Part shown: positions 22,208 through 30,635 of the stretch, piece by piece | How positions within the stretch are numbered: the first letter of the stretch is position 1 | Layout: every line of letters starts with the position of its first letter | Assembly (NCBI GenBank): GCA_035308025.1 | Contig: DATGHL010000030.1 | Span: forward strand, 52,946-116,945 | Length of the DNA stretch: 64,000 bases | Origin: Candidatus Binataceae bacterium | GTDB taxonomy: Bacteria > Desulfobacterota > Binatia > Binatales > Binataceae | Reading direction: 5' to 3' | The notes under the pieces: model-generated | The model's database searches: none | Told to the model about the DNA's origin: nothing | What the model saw: the letters and a program-made list of their open reading frames with translations, nothing else | Translations under genes and position numbers: made by a program

Positions 22208-22523
22208 CGGTGGGTACGATCGGCGAGCTCGCGCTGGGTGGCCCAAGCCAGGCGGGATTGACGCGCAGCTCGAGCAGGTTCTGATCGCTCACCGTGATCA
22301 GACCGCGTGTCGGGCGGTCGAGATCGATAATCACGAGAATCACCAGGGAAATCACCGTCACCGTGATCGTGATGGCGCGGAGGTCTCGACGGCCGGCGAA
22401 GCCGTAGCCATAGCCGACCAGCCCCATCGTTAGAATGGCGACCAGAAACAGCAGACCATGGCCGCTCTGCAGTGCAACAATCAGATACTCGTCGCGCTGA
22501 TACAGCAGCTCGGACGGCATCAC
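22188..22523 (-). CDS. Possible small membrane protein
   Basis: 111-aa ORF 10 bp downstream of the GST gene, with hydrophobic segments. Weak support. Confidence 0.3.
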   Translation of the reverse strand: MMPSELLYQRDEYLIVALQSGHGLLFLVAILTMGLVGYGYGFAGRRDLRAITITVTVISLVILVIIDLDRPTRGLITVSDQNLLELRVNPAWLGPPSASSPIVPTATSSGR

Positions 22524-22532
22524 GGACGCGGG

Positions 22533-23225
22533 CTACGCGTGTTTCTCGAACTGCTTCTTGCCGTACAGAATCGAGCGTTCCTCGTCAGTCAAAGGCGCCT
22601 GCGGGATGTCCGCCATCACGGCGAGGCCGCGCTTGACCGCGGGCCGCCCGCCGAGCGCGGCGAGCCAGCGCCGCAGATGAGGCAGCGGCTCGAGTTGTTC
22701 CGGCTCGCGCTCTGCGATCCGCACCCACGGATAGTTCGCGATGTCGGCGATTGAGTAGTCGCCGGCGAGATATTCGTTGGCGGCGAGCTGCTTGTCCATC
22801 ACGCCGAATAGCCGGCGTGACTCGTTGGTATAGCGTTCGATCGCGTACGGGATCTTCTCGGGCGCTGCGTTTTTGAAATGGCCCGCCTGCCCCATCATCG
22901 GGCCGATCCCCGCCATCTGGAACATCAGCCACTGCACGACGTTGTACCGCGCGCGCATCTCGGTGGGCATCAGCTTGCCGGTCTTCTCGGCCAGATAAAG
23001 CAGGATCGCGCCAGACTCGAACAGCGCCAGCGGCTTCTTGCCGGGCCCGTCGTGATCAACGATCGCCGGCATCCGGTTGTTCGGGCTGATCGCGAGAAAG
23101 CTCGGCTCGAACTGTTCGCCCTTGCGAATGTTGATTGGGACGATCTTGTATTCGAGGCCGATCTCTTCGAGAAAAATTGTAATTTTATGTCCGTTCGGAG
23201 TTGGCCAGTAATAGACGTCGATCAT
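22533..23225 (-). CDS. Glutathione S-transferase (nu/YfcG-YghU-like)
   Basis: N-terminal thioredoxin-like GST domain (YYWPTPNGHK...ESGAILLYL) and a C-terminal helical domain. Confidence 0.85.
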   Translation of the reverse strand: MIDVYYWPTPNGHKITIFLEEIGLEYKIVPINIRKGEQFEPSFLAISPNNRMPAIVDHDGPGKKPLALFESGAILLYLAEKTGKLMPTEMRARYNVVQWLMFQMAGIGPMMGQAGHFKNAAPEKIPYAIERYTNESRRLFGVMDKQLAANEYLAGDYSIADIANYPWVRIAEREPEQLEPLPHLRRWLAALGGRPAVKRGLAVMADIPQAPLTDEERSILYGKKQFEKHA

Positions 23226-23354
23226 AACTCACCTCGACCAATGATATCGGCCAGCTTCGCCTTACACAGCTTTGCGGTCAAGGGTACGCAACTGGAAAAC
23301 GCGCCAACGGAGCGGTTAAGAAGACGCGCCGGTATTATCGAAAGTCGCCGCACG

Positions 23355-23777
23355 CTAGGCTTTTGCTATGGCGTCAAGCGCGGCCTGCGCGCACTCGATA
23401 TCCTGATCGACGCTGCCGCCACTGACGCCGATTCCGCCCACGACGACATCATCGATCCGGATCGGCAAGCCGCCGCCGAAAGTCACGATGCGCGGAATGT
23501 GCGGCACGCCGGCCAGCAGCGACGGGTTGTCCTTGATCCGATTGAAGAAGTCCTGCGAGGGCGCACCCAGCAACGCGGTATAGGCCTTGTTTTGCGCGAC
23601 CTCGATACTAATCAATGGTGCGCCGTCCATTCTATGGAAGGCTTTGAGCAGACCGCTTTCGTCGAGAATCGCGACGATCTGTGGAACGCCGATCGCCTTG
23701 GCCTTGGCTGCGGCCGCCTCGACCATGCGAGCGGCAAGCTCGGCCGTGATACTGCGTTTGACGTAAGTCTTTTCCAT
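23355..23777 (-). CDS. GlcG/HbpS-like heme-binding protein (DUF336)
   Basis: 140 aa. DUF336 motifs, including the GGGLPI segment. Confidence 0.78.
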   Translation of the reverse strand: MEKTYVKRSITAELAARMVEAAAAKAKAIGVPQIVAILDESGLLKAFHRMDGAPLISIEVAQNKAYTALLGAPSQDFFNRIKDNPSLLAGVPHIPRIVTFGGGLPIRIDDVVVGGIGVSGGSVDQDIECAQAALDAIAKA

Positions 23778-23961
23778 TTTGACACTCCTCTTTCCGCGGT
23801 AAGCGCATGTCCCCGCGCGCCGGCCTTTCGATTAGCACATCAGGCGAGCCGCGCTCTATCCCGCAGTCATGGTTGCTTCTATTGCGATCGCGGAGGCATC
23901 TGGCGGATCATCGCCTCGAACTTGGCCTCGGATTTGATCTCGACCCTGGAGGGCTATCACG

Positions 23962-25425
23962 ATGCGAGTCGCGATCGGCGGATTTCTGGCCGCAGTAAAT
24001 ACGTTTGCCACGCAGCGCATGGGGCTCGAGCGTTTCCAACGCGCGATGATGCGCGAAGACGCGGTGCTCAAGCTCGCGCGCGGTGAGAGCGCGTTCGGCG
24101 GTTTTGCGCAGACCGCGCGCCAGCAGAACTGGGAGGTCATCCCGCTGCCGTTTGTCTTTCCGGGGATCGCCGGAAAGATCACCGACGAAGCCTACGCCTG
24201 GACGCGCGAGGAGTTCGTCAAGTCGATTCGCGCGGCCGGGCGGTTCGACGGCGTCTTTCTCCAGATGCACGGCACGGCCGCGAGCGACAGTCTCGAGGAT
24301 TGCGAGGGGGACCTGCTGGAAACGGTGCGCGGCGCGCTTGGCGCGCAGACGCCAATCATTGTTTCGCTCGACGGTCACGCCAACGTCACGCCGAAAATGG
24401 CCGCGCAGGCGAGCATGCTGATCGGCGTAAAGACCAACCCGCACTACGACTTCGCCGCGACCGGACGGCTCGCGGCCCGCGTGATGGCCGGGATGTTCGA
24501 CCGCTCGCTGTCACCGGCGAGTGCGTGGGCGCAGCCCGCGATGGCGCCGGCGCTGCAGAAGCTCTACATCGCCCCGGGCTGGCCGATGGAGCATCTGATG
24601 CGCCTGGCGCGCAACCGTCAGGCGAGCGACCCGCAAGTGCTCGACATATCGCTCCTCTGCGGCTTCTTCGTCTCCGAACGGCGCGAAACCGGAATCAGCG
24701 TGGTCGTGACCTGCGATCGCGAACCGGCGCTCGCGCGCGAGATCGCCGAAGAGCTGAGCCAGGCCTGCTTCAACGCTCGCGGCGCCTTTCACACCGATAT
24801 GGTTGGGGTGGCGGACGCCGTCAGCGAAGCGATCGCGACCGATGAAAATCCGGTCATTCTCGGCGACCTCGCCGACAGTGGCGGCGCGGGAACTCCGGGC
24901 GACGGCACGGCGATCCTCGCCGAACTGCTCAAGCAAAACGCACGCGGCGCCGTGATCGGCAATCTCGCCGATCCTGCGGCGGTGCGGGCGGCGACCGCGG
25001 CTGGCGTCGGCAAGAATATAACGCTCTCTGTCGGCGGCAAGGTTGATCAGTTTCACGGCGCGCCGGTGCAGATCACCGGGCGCGTGCGCACCCTCCACGA
25101 TGGCGTCTTCACCGCCAGCACCCAGTTCAATGCCGGCACGGTTCATCGCGGACCGACGGCGGTGATCGATTGCGGCGGCGTCGAGGTGATTCTGACCTCG
25201 CGCCCGGTGCTGGTGTTCGAGCCGAATCACTTCAGGAGTCTGGGGATCGAGCCTACGGCGCGCAAAATGCTGGTCTGCAAGGCCGAGATGCAGCATCGCG
25301 CGGGCTTCGCCGGCGCGGCGCGGACCTTTATCGACGTCGACGCGCCCGGCCTCGCGACGCAGGCGCCTTCGCGACTGCCCTACAGCAAAATCCGCCGCCC
25401 GGTCTTCCCGCTCGACAATATTTGA
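23962..25425 (+). CDS. M81 family metallopeptidase (MlrC/microcystinase-like; DUF1485+DUF1446)
   Basis: 487 aa. The N-domain (AIGGF..NTF...DGV.L.MHG) and C-domain (GD.ADSGGAG) match the MlrC architecture. Confidence 0.78.
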   Translation: MRVAIGGFLAAVNTFATQRMGLERFQRAMMREDAVLKLARGESAFGGFAQTARQQNWEVIPLPFVFPGIAGKITDEAYAWTREEFVKSIRAAGRFDGVFLQMHGTAASDSLEDCEGDLLETVRGALGAQTPIIVSLDGHANVTPKMAAQASMLIGVKTNPHYDFAATGRLAARVMAGMFDRSLSPASAWAQPAMAPALQKLYIAPGWPMEHLMRLARNRQASDPQVLDISLLCGFFVSERRETGISVVVTCDREPALAREIAEELSQACFNARGAFHTDMVGVADAVSEAIATDENPVILGDLADSGGAGTPGDGTAILAELLKQNARGAVIGNLADPAAVRAATAAGVGKNITLSVGGKVDQFHGAPVQITGRVRTLHDGVFTASTQFNAGTVHRGPTAVIDCGGVEVILTSRPVLVFEPNHFRSLGIEPTARKMLVCKAEMQHRAGFAGAARTFIDVDAPGLATQAPSRLPYSKIRRPVFPLDNI

Positions 25426-25498
25426 CGCCTGTCGCGGATAACTTAGAATCAAGGACCTCAGGGATTTGTTGATTGCACAGACGCGATGAGGTGATGGC

Positions 25499-25729
25499 GT
25501 GCCGCAGTTCCAGTACACCGCAGTTTTCGAGCCGGCTCCGGAGGGCGGCTTCACCGTAACCGTGCCGGCTCTTGCAGGGCTTGTGACCGAAGGCGATACG
25601 CTCGAGGAAGCTCGCGAGATGGTGAAGGACGCGATTCGCGGGTATCTGGAAAGCCTGCTCGCGCATGGCGAGGAGATTCCGATTGAACCTGGCCTCGCGA
25701 GCGTCGAGCGCGTCGCGGTAACGATTTAG
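25499..25729 (+). CDS. hicB: HicB-like antitoxin (UPF0150 domain only)
   Basis: 76 aa. RNase-H-like HicB N-domain (YTAVFEPAPEGGFTVTVPALAGLVTEGDTLEEA). No DNA-binding extension. Confidence 0.78.
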   Translation: MPQFQYTAVFEPAPEGGFTVTVPALAGLVTEGDTLEEAREMVKDAIRGYLESLLAHGEEIPIEPGLASVERVAVTI

Positions 25730-25734
25730 ACCAA

Positions 25735-25959
25735 ATGCCCCGCTTGCCCGTCTGTACGTCCGTCGATCTTATCCGGGCGCTGCAACGGGCAGGTTTTTTT
25801 CTGGATCACAGCACGGGTTCGCATCGGTTTTTTCGGCACCCTTCCCGCCGGGGCCTTGTGACTGTTCCGTTCCATCGCAAAGATCTCAAGCGCGGGACCC
25901 TCAAAAGCATCCTCGATCAGGCCGGGCTCTCCGTCACGGAGTTCATCGAGCTCCTATGA
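25735..25959 (+). CDS. hicA: HicA mRNA interferase toxin
   Basis: 74 aa. YcfA/HicA fold motifs (SGSH.FF.HP...GLVTVP.H.KDL..GTLKSIL.QAGL). Confidence 0.8.
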   Translation: MPRLPVCTSVDLIRALQRAGFFLDHSTGSHRFFRHPSRRGLVTVPFHRKDLKRGTLKSILDQAGLSVTEFIELL

Positions 25960-26720
25960 ACTGCTCCAGCGACGTGGAGAAAGAAAGAATTGCGAAATTC
26001 CTGGCGCGGGCGGGCGTGGCCTCGCGCCGCGACGCCGAGCGGATGATCGAAGCGGGCCGCGTCGCACTCAATGGCGCCATCGTCAGCCACCCAGCGACGA
26101 TGGTCGGCGCGGGCGACAAGGTCGCCGTCGATGGCAAAGCGATCGCGGCCCAGGAACCGACTCGGCTCTGGCGCTACTACAAACCGGCCGGATTGGTGAC
26201 GACCGCGCGCGACCCCGAAGGCCGCCCGACGGTCTTCGCCAAACTACCGCAAGGCCTGCCGCGCGTGGTCTCTGTCGGCCGCCTCGACATCAATACGGAA
26301 GGGCTCCTGCTCCTCACGAATGACGGCGGGCTGGCGCGATACCTCGAGCATCCGGCGCAACTCTTTCCACGCACCTACCGGATTCGCGCGCACGGCCACG
26401 CGGAGACGTCAGTTGTCGCGCGATTGGCCCGCGGCCTCACGGTCGACGGCATCTACTATCGTCCGATTCAGGCGACGCTCGATCGCAATCAGGGCGGCAA
26501 CTGCTGGATGACGATGACACTAAACGAGGGCAAAAATCGCGAGATCAAGACTATCTTGGAACACCTCGGGCTCCAAGTCGCGCGTCTGATCCGGATTGGC
26601 TATGGTCCCTTCGAGCTCGGCCCGCTGCCGCCCAACGAGGTTGAGGAGGTGGCATCGGAGCGCCTCGCCAAGCTGCTCCCCGGCCATTTCGCGTCACGGG
26701 AATCAGAGACTCGCCAATAA
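25956..26720 (+). CDS. rRNA pseudouridine synthase (RsuA/RluB family)
   Basis: S4 domain followed by the catalytic VGRLD.NTEGLLLLTNDG motif. The ATGA overlaps the hicA stop. Confidence 0.85.
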   Translation: MNCSSDVEKERIAKFLARAGVASRRDAERMIEAGRVALNGAIVSHPATMVGAGDKVAVDGKAIAAQEPTRLWRYYKPAGLVTTARDPEGRPTVFAKLPQGLPRVVSVGRLDINTEGLLLLTNDGGLARYLEHPAQLFPRTYRIRAHGHAETSVVARLARGLTVDGIYYRPIQATLDRNQGGNCWMTMTLNEGKNREIKTILEHLGLQVARLIRIGYGPFELGPLPPNEVEEVASERLAKLLPGHFASRESETRQ

Positions 26721-26722
26721 GT

Positions 26723-27487
26723 TCACTGCGCCATGTAGCCGCCATCAACCGGCATCGGCAGACCGGTCACGTATGACGCGCGATCCGAGCAGAGCCAGGC
26801 CACCGCCTCGGCGACCTCCTCGGGCTGGCCGATGCGCTTCATCGGCTCTGAGCGGGCATAGCGCGCCTCCATATCGGGCCGCTTCTCAAATGCGCTCATC
26901 AGCAACGGCGTGTAGATCGGCGCCGGACAGACAGCATTGATCCGGATTCCGTGACGGGCATATTCAAGCGCCGCCGCCTTGGTCAGTCCGGCCACGCCGT
27001 GCTTGGCGGCGGTATAGGCAGGCACGCGTATCGCGCCGGTCAGACCCATAATCGACGAAGTGTTGACGATGACGCCGCTGCCCTGCTTGAGCATCTGGGC
27101 GATCTCCGCCCTCATGCAGAGCCACACTCCGGTCAGATTCGTCGTGATGACGCGATTCCATTCGGTGAGCGTGTACTCGTGCGTCAGCCGCCCGGCACCG
27201 CCGATGCCGGCGTTGTTAAAGGCGCAATCGAGCCGGCCATAGCTGGAGACCGCGCTGGCGATCAGGGCTTCGACGTCGGCCTCGCTTGCGACGTCAGCCT
27301 TGACGAAGATGCCCTCGGCGCCGGTCTGCTGCTTGATCATTGCTAGCGTTTCGAGACCGCCCGCTTCGACCACGTCGGCGAGGACAAGCCGGGCACCCTC
27401 GCGTGCGAAAATCCGCGCGGTCGCGCGGCCAATACCGGAGCCGGCGCCGGTGATCAGCGCGACTTTACCCTCAAGCATTGCAGTCAT
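26723..27487 (-). CDS. SDR family oxidoreductase
   Basis: TGAGSGIGRA Rossmann motif, the NAG motif and a YxxxK catalytic pair. Confidence 0.85.
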   Translation of the reverse strand: MTAMLEGKVALITGAGSGIGRATARIFAREGARLVLADVVEAGGLETLAMIKQQTGAEGIFVKADVASEADVEALIASAVSSYGRLDCAFNNAGIGGAGRLTHEYTLTEWNRVITTNLTGVWLCMRAEIAQMLKQGSGVIVNTSSIMGLTGAIRVPAYTAAKHGVAGLTKAAALEYARHGIRINAVCPAPIYTPLLMSAFEKRPDMEARYARSEPMKRIGQPEEVAEAVAWLCSDRASYVTGLPMPVDGGYMAQ

Positions 27488-27945
27488 CTGGCTTTCTCCC
27501 TTAAAGCACGACGCTCGCCGCATATCATCCCACTAGGGGGAATAGATCAATGTCCGAGGGCTTCGCAGGAGAGCGGCCCAAAATTTCGGCGGCGGGAATT
27601 GTTCTTGTTCAGGGCGATTCGGCTCTCCCCCGCCAGCAGCGGTGCAGCGAGGCGTTTGTAGCGGTTTGGTGAAAGCCTAGGCCCTCAACGCTGTCGCGAG
27701 CCTCCGGAAATGCGACATTATTCATTCTCGAGTAAACGTCCCGATGGCTCACCAAGCGCCTCCAATTGCTTCCGACAAGATAAATATTCTTTACGACTGC
27801 TCGAATCCGGTCTAAACTGCTAAAAACATCTAGTTAATGAAAAACAGGTGAATTTAGATGCTGAAAGAAGCTTCTACCTGCTTTGAAGGAATTTATTATA
27901 CATGATGTGCTAGATCATCTTTATCAATGTGTTAACACGTAAGAC

Positions 27946-29595
27946 ATGCTGTACGAACCGAATAACAGCCTCGCAAACTATGATTACATCATAGTTGGGG
28001 CCGGTTCGGCCGGCTGCGTGCTCGCGAACCGCCTGTCGTCCGACCCGGACGTGCGTGTGCTGCTAGTCGAGGCTGGGCGCTCTGATCGCAATCCGTTGAT
28101 TCATATTCCGGCGGGCGCGCTGCCGATGAAGCTCTATGGGTTGAATTCCTGGACTTACTTCACCGAGCCGCAACAGCATCTGAAGAGTCGCAAGTTGCAT
28201 TGGCCGCGTGGCAAAGTATTGGGCGGTTCGAGCGCGATCAATGCGATGGTATATATGCGCGGGAATGCCAGCGATTACGATCGTTGGCGGAATCTCGGCA
28301 ACGTCGGTTGGTCGTATAATGACGTGCTGCCCTACTTCATCCGCTCCGAGGACTTTGCTGCCGGTGCCGACGAATACCATGGCACTGGCGGGCCGATTAA
28401 GGTGACGGTCAACGCTGCCATAAATCCGATCACAGAGGCCTTCCTGAACGCTGCGCAGGCGGCAGGCTATCCGTATAACCCTGACGTCAACGGCGGCACG
28501 CAAGAGGGCTTCGGCCCGCTCTACTCGACGATCTGCGCGGACGGGCGGCGTCAAAGCACGGCGGTTGCCTACCTGCGTCCGGCGCTGGGCCGCACCAATT
28601 TGAGCGTCGTCACGAAAGCGCGGACGCGGCGGCTTCTGTTCGAGGGGACGCGAGCGGTCGGGCTGGAGTATCTGACTGGGCGGCGGACCCATGAGGTGCG
28701 GGCGGCGCGCGAAGTGATCCTTTGCGCGGGCGCGATCAACTCGCCGCAAATCCTGATGCTCTCCGGGGTCGGTGATGCCGCACAATTGCGCCGCTTGGGG
28801 ATCGCGCCCGTGATCGATCTCAAGGGCGTCGGGCAAAATCTGCAGGATCATCTGGCGGTTGACCTGCAGGTGAGCTGTCCGTTGCCGGTCTCGCTGTATC
28901 GGGAGTTGGCGCCCCATCGGATGGCGTGGTCGCTCGTGCGCTATCTGATATACGGGACCGGGCCGCTGGCGAGCGTAGGGCTCGAAGCCTCGGGGTTTAT
29001 CAAGACGCAGGCAGGAGAATGCGCGGCGGATACCCAGTATCATTTTAGCTCGGGGCTGGTTTATCGCGGGGTCAGCACCGGTCCGGTGCGCCGCCACGGT
29101 TTCTATGTCCGCAACTGCCAGTGCCGGCCGCGCAGCCGCGGTTATATTGCGCTGCGCTCGGCCGATCCATTGGCCGATCCGATTATCGAACCCAACTATC
29201 TGGAAGCCGAGTCCGACCGCCGCTTGCTGCGCGAGGGCTTCAAGGTCAGCCGCGAGATCGTCGCGCAGGCCGCGATGAGCGCCTTTCGTGGCGCCGAACT
29301 ATGGCCCGGACCCGAGGTGCGCAGCGACGCGCAAATCGACGACTGGATCGGCGACGCGGGCGTGACGTCGTTTCATCCGGCGGGCACCTGCAAGATGGGT
29401 CATGACGAGCTCGCGGTGGTTGACGATCAATTGCGCGTGCATGGCCTCGAGGGGTTGCGCGTCGTGGATACCTCGATCATGCCCCGGCTGGTGAGCGGCA
29501 ATACGAATATGCCGACCATCATGATCGCCGAGAAAGCCGCGGATCTGATCCGCGGCCGCGCCGCGGTTCTGTTGGCCTCGGCGGCCAACCAATAG
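27946..29595 (+). CDS. GMC family oxidoreductase (choline dehydrogenase-like)
   Basis: 549 aa. N-terminal FAD motif YDYIIVGAGSAGCVLANRLS and the C-terminal GMC signature with the His pair. Confidence 0.88.
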   Translation: MLYEPNNSLANYDYIIVGAGSAGCVLANRLSSDPDVRVLLVEAGRSDRNPLIHIPAGALPMKLYGLNSWTYFTEPQQHLKSRKLHWPRGKVLGGSSAINAMVYMRGNASDYDRWRNLGNVGWSYNDVLPYFIRSEDFAAGADEYHGTGGPIKVTVNAAINPITEAFLNAAQAAGYPYNPDVNGGTQEGFGPLYSTICADGRRQSTAVAYLRPALGRTNLSVVTKARTRRLLFEGTRAVGLEYLTGRRTHEVRAAREVILCAGAINSPQILMLSGVGDAAQLRRLGIAPVIDLKGVGQNLQDHLAVDLQVSCPLPVSLYRELAPHRMAWSLVRYLIYGTGPLASVGLEASGFIKTQAGECAADTQYHFSSGLVYRGVSTGPVRRHGFYVRNCQCRPRSRGYIALRSADPLADPIIEPNYLEAESDRRLLREGFKVSREIVAQAAMSAFRGAELWPGPEVRSDAQIDDWIGDAGVTSFHPAGTCKMGHDELAVVDDQLRVHGLEGLRVVDTSIMPRLVSGNTNMPTIMIAEKAADLIRGRAAVLLASAANQ

Positions 29596-29600
29596 TCGCG

Positions 29601-30620
29601 TCATCGCGCCGGCAATGCGAACGCCTGCGCGAGTAATTCGTAGGAACGCAGGCGCGCCTGATGGTCATGTACGATCGTCACGACCATCAGCTCATCTACT
29701 CGCAGCTCATCGGCCATCAGCGTCAACTGATCGCGCACCCGCTCCGGCGCGCCGACGACGTAGCGGGGATACTCGCCGGTCTGCTCATGCGCGATTGGCG
29801 CGGCGTCGGGACCAAGTTCGCGCAGGGCCTCCGCGACGGTCGGGATGGGCCGCACGTCACCCTGACGGATGCGGCGGCGGAAGAGACGGGCACTCGCGAG
29901 CAGCCGCTGGGCCTCGGCGTCAGTCTCGGCGCAGACCACGCCCAACGCCAGTATCGCATGCGGGGCCCGCAGGCCAGATTTGGCCGCGGCAAAGTTCGCG
30001 CGATAGTGTGAGATCGCCGCCTGCACCGGTCCGGGCTCGATAAAATGCGCGAAGGCGTAAGGCAAACCGAGCTGCGCCGCCGCCGAAGCGCTCCACATGC
30101 TCGAACCGAGCAGCCAGACCTCGGGCCCCCCCGGCATCTCGGGCGAAACCTTGATCTGGCTGAACGGATGTTTGGGCGGAAAATCATGATTGAGAAAAGC
30201 TATCAGCTCGACCATCTGCTGGCCGAAATCATCCGGCGGCGGATAGTGCGCGCGATCGCGCCAGAGCGCGAAGGAATCGAGCGGCGTGCCGCCCGGAGCG
30301 CGTCCAATCCCGAGATCGATCCGGTTGGGATAGAGCGCGTGGAGCAGGCGAAAGTTCTCGACCACCTTGAACGGACTGTAATGCGGCAGCATCACGCCGC
30401 CCGAGCCAACGCGGATGGTGGAGGTCTCGGCGGCGACTCGCGCAATCAGAATCTCCGGCGCTGGGCTGGCCAGGGCCGGGATCGCGTGATGCTCGGCAAT
30501 CCAGTAGCGCGCGTAGCCAAGCCGATCGGCAAGGCGCGCCAGTTCTATCGTATTGTGCAAGGCGTCGGCGGGCGTGCAGCCCTCCGGCACCGGCGATTGA
30601 TCGATAACTGAAAGCTTCAC
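29601..30620 (-). CDS. LLM-class flavin-dependent oxidoreductase (luciferase-like)
   Basis: 339 aa LLM TIM-barrel (YhbW-like). Confidence 0.85.
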   Translation of the reverse strand: MKLSVIDQSPVPEGCTPADALHNTIELARLADRLGYARYWIAEHHAIPALASPAPEILIARVAAETSTIRVGSGGVMLPHYSPFKVVENFRLLHALYPNRIDLGIGRAPGGTPLDSFALWRDRAHYPPPDDFGQQMVELIAFLNHDFPPKHPFSQIKVSPEMPGGPEVWLLGSSMWSASAAAQLGLPYAFAHFIEPGPVQAAISHYRANFAAAKSGLRAPHAILALGVVCAETDAEAQRLLASARLFRRRIRQGDVRPIPTVAEALRELGPDAAPIAHEQTGEYPRYVVGAPERVRDQLTLMADELRVDELMVVTIVHDHQARLRSYELLAQAFALPAR

Positions 30621-30635
30621 CGATTGAATCTTACG

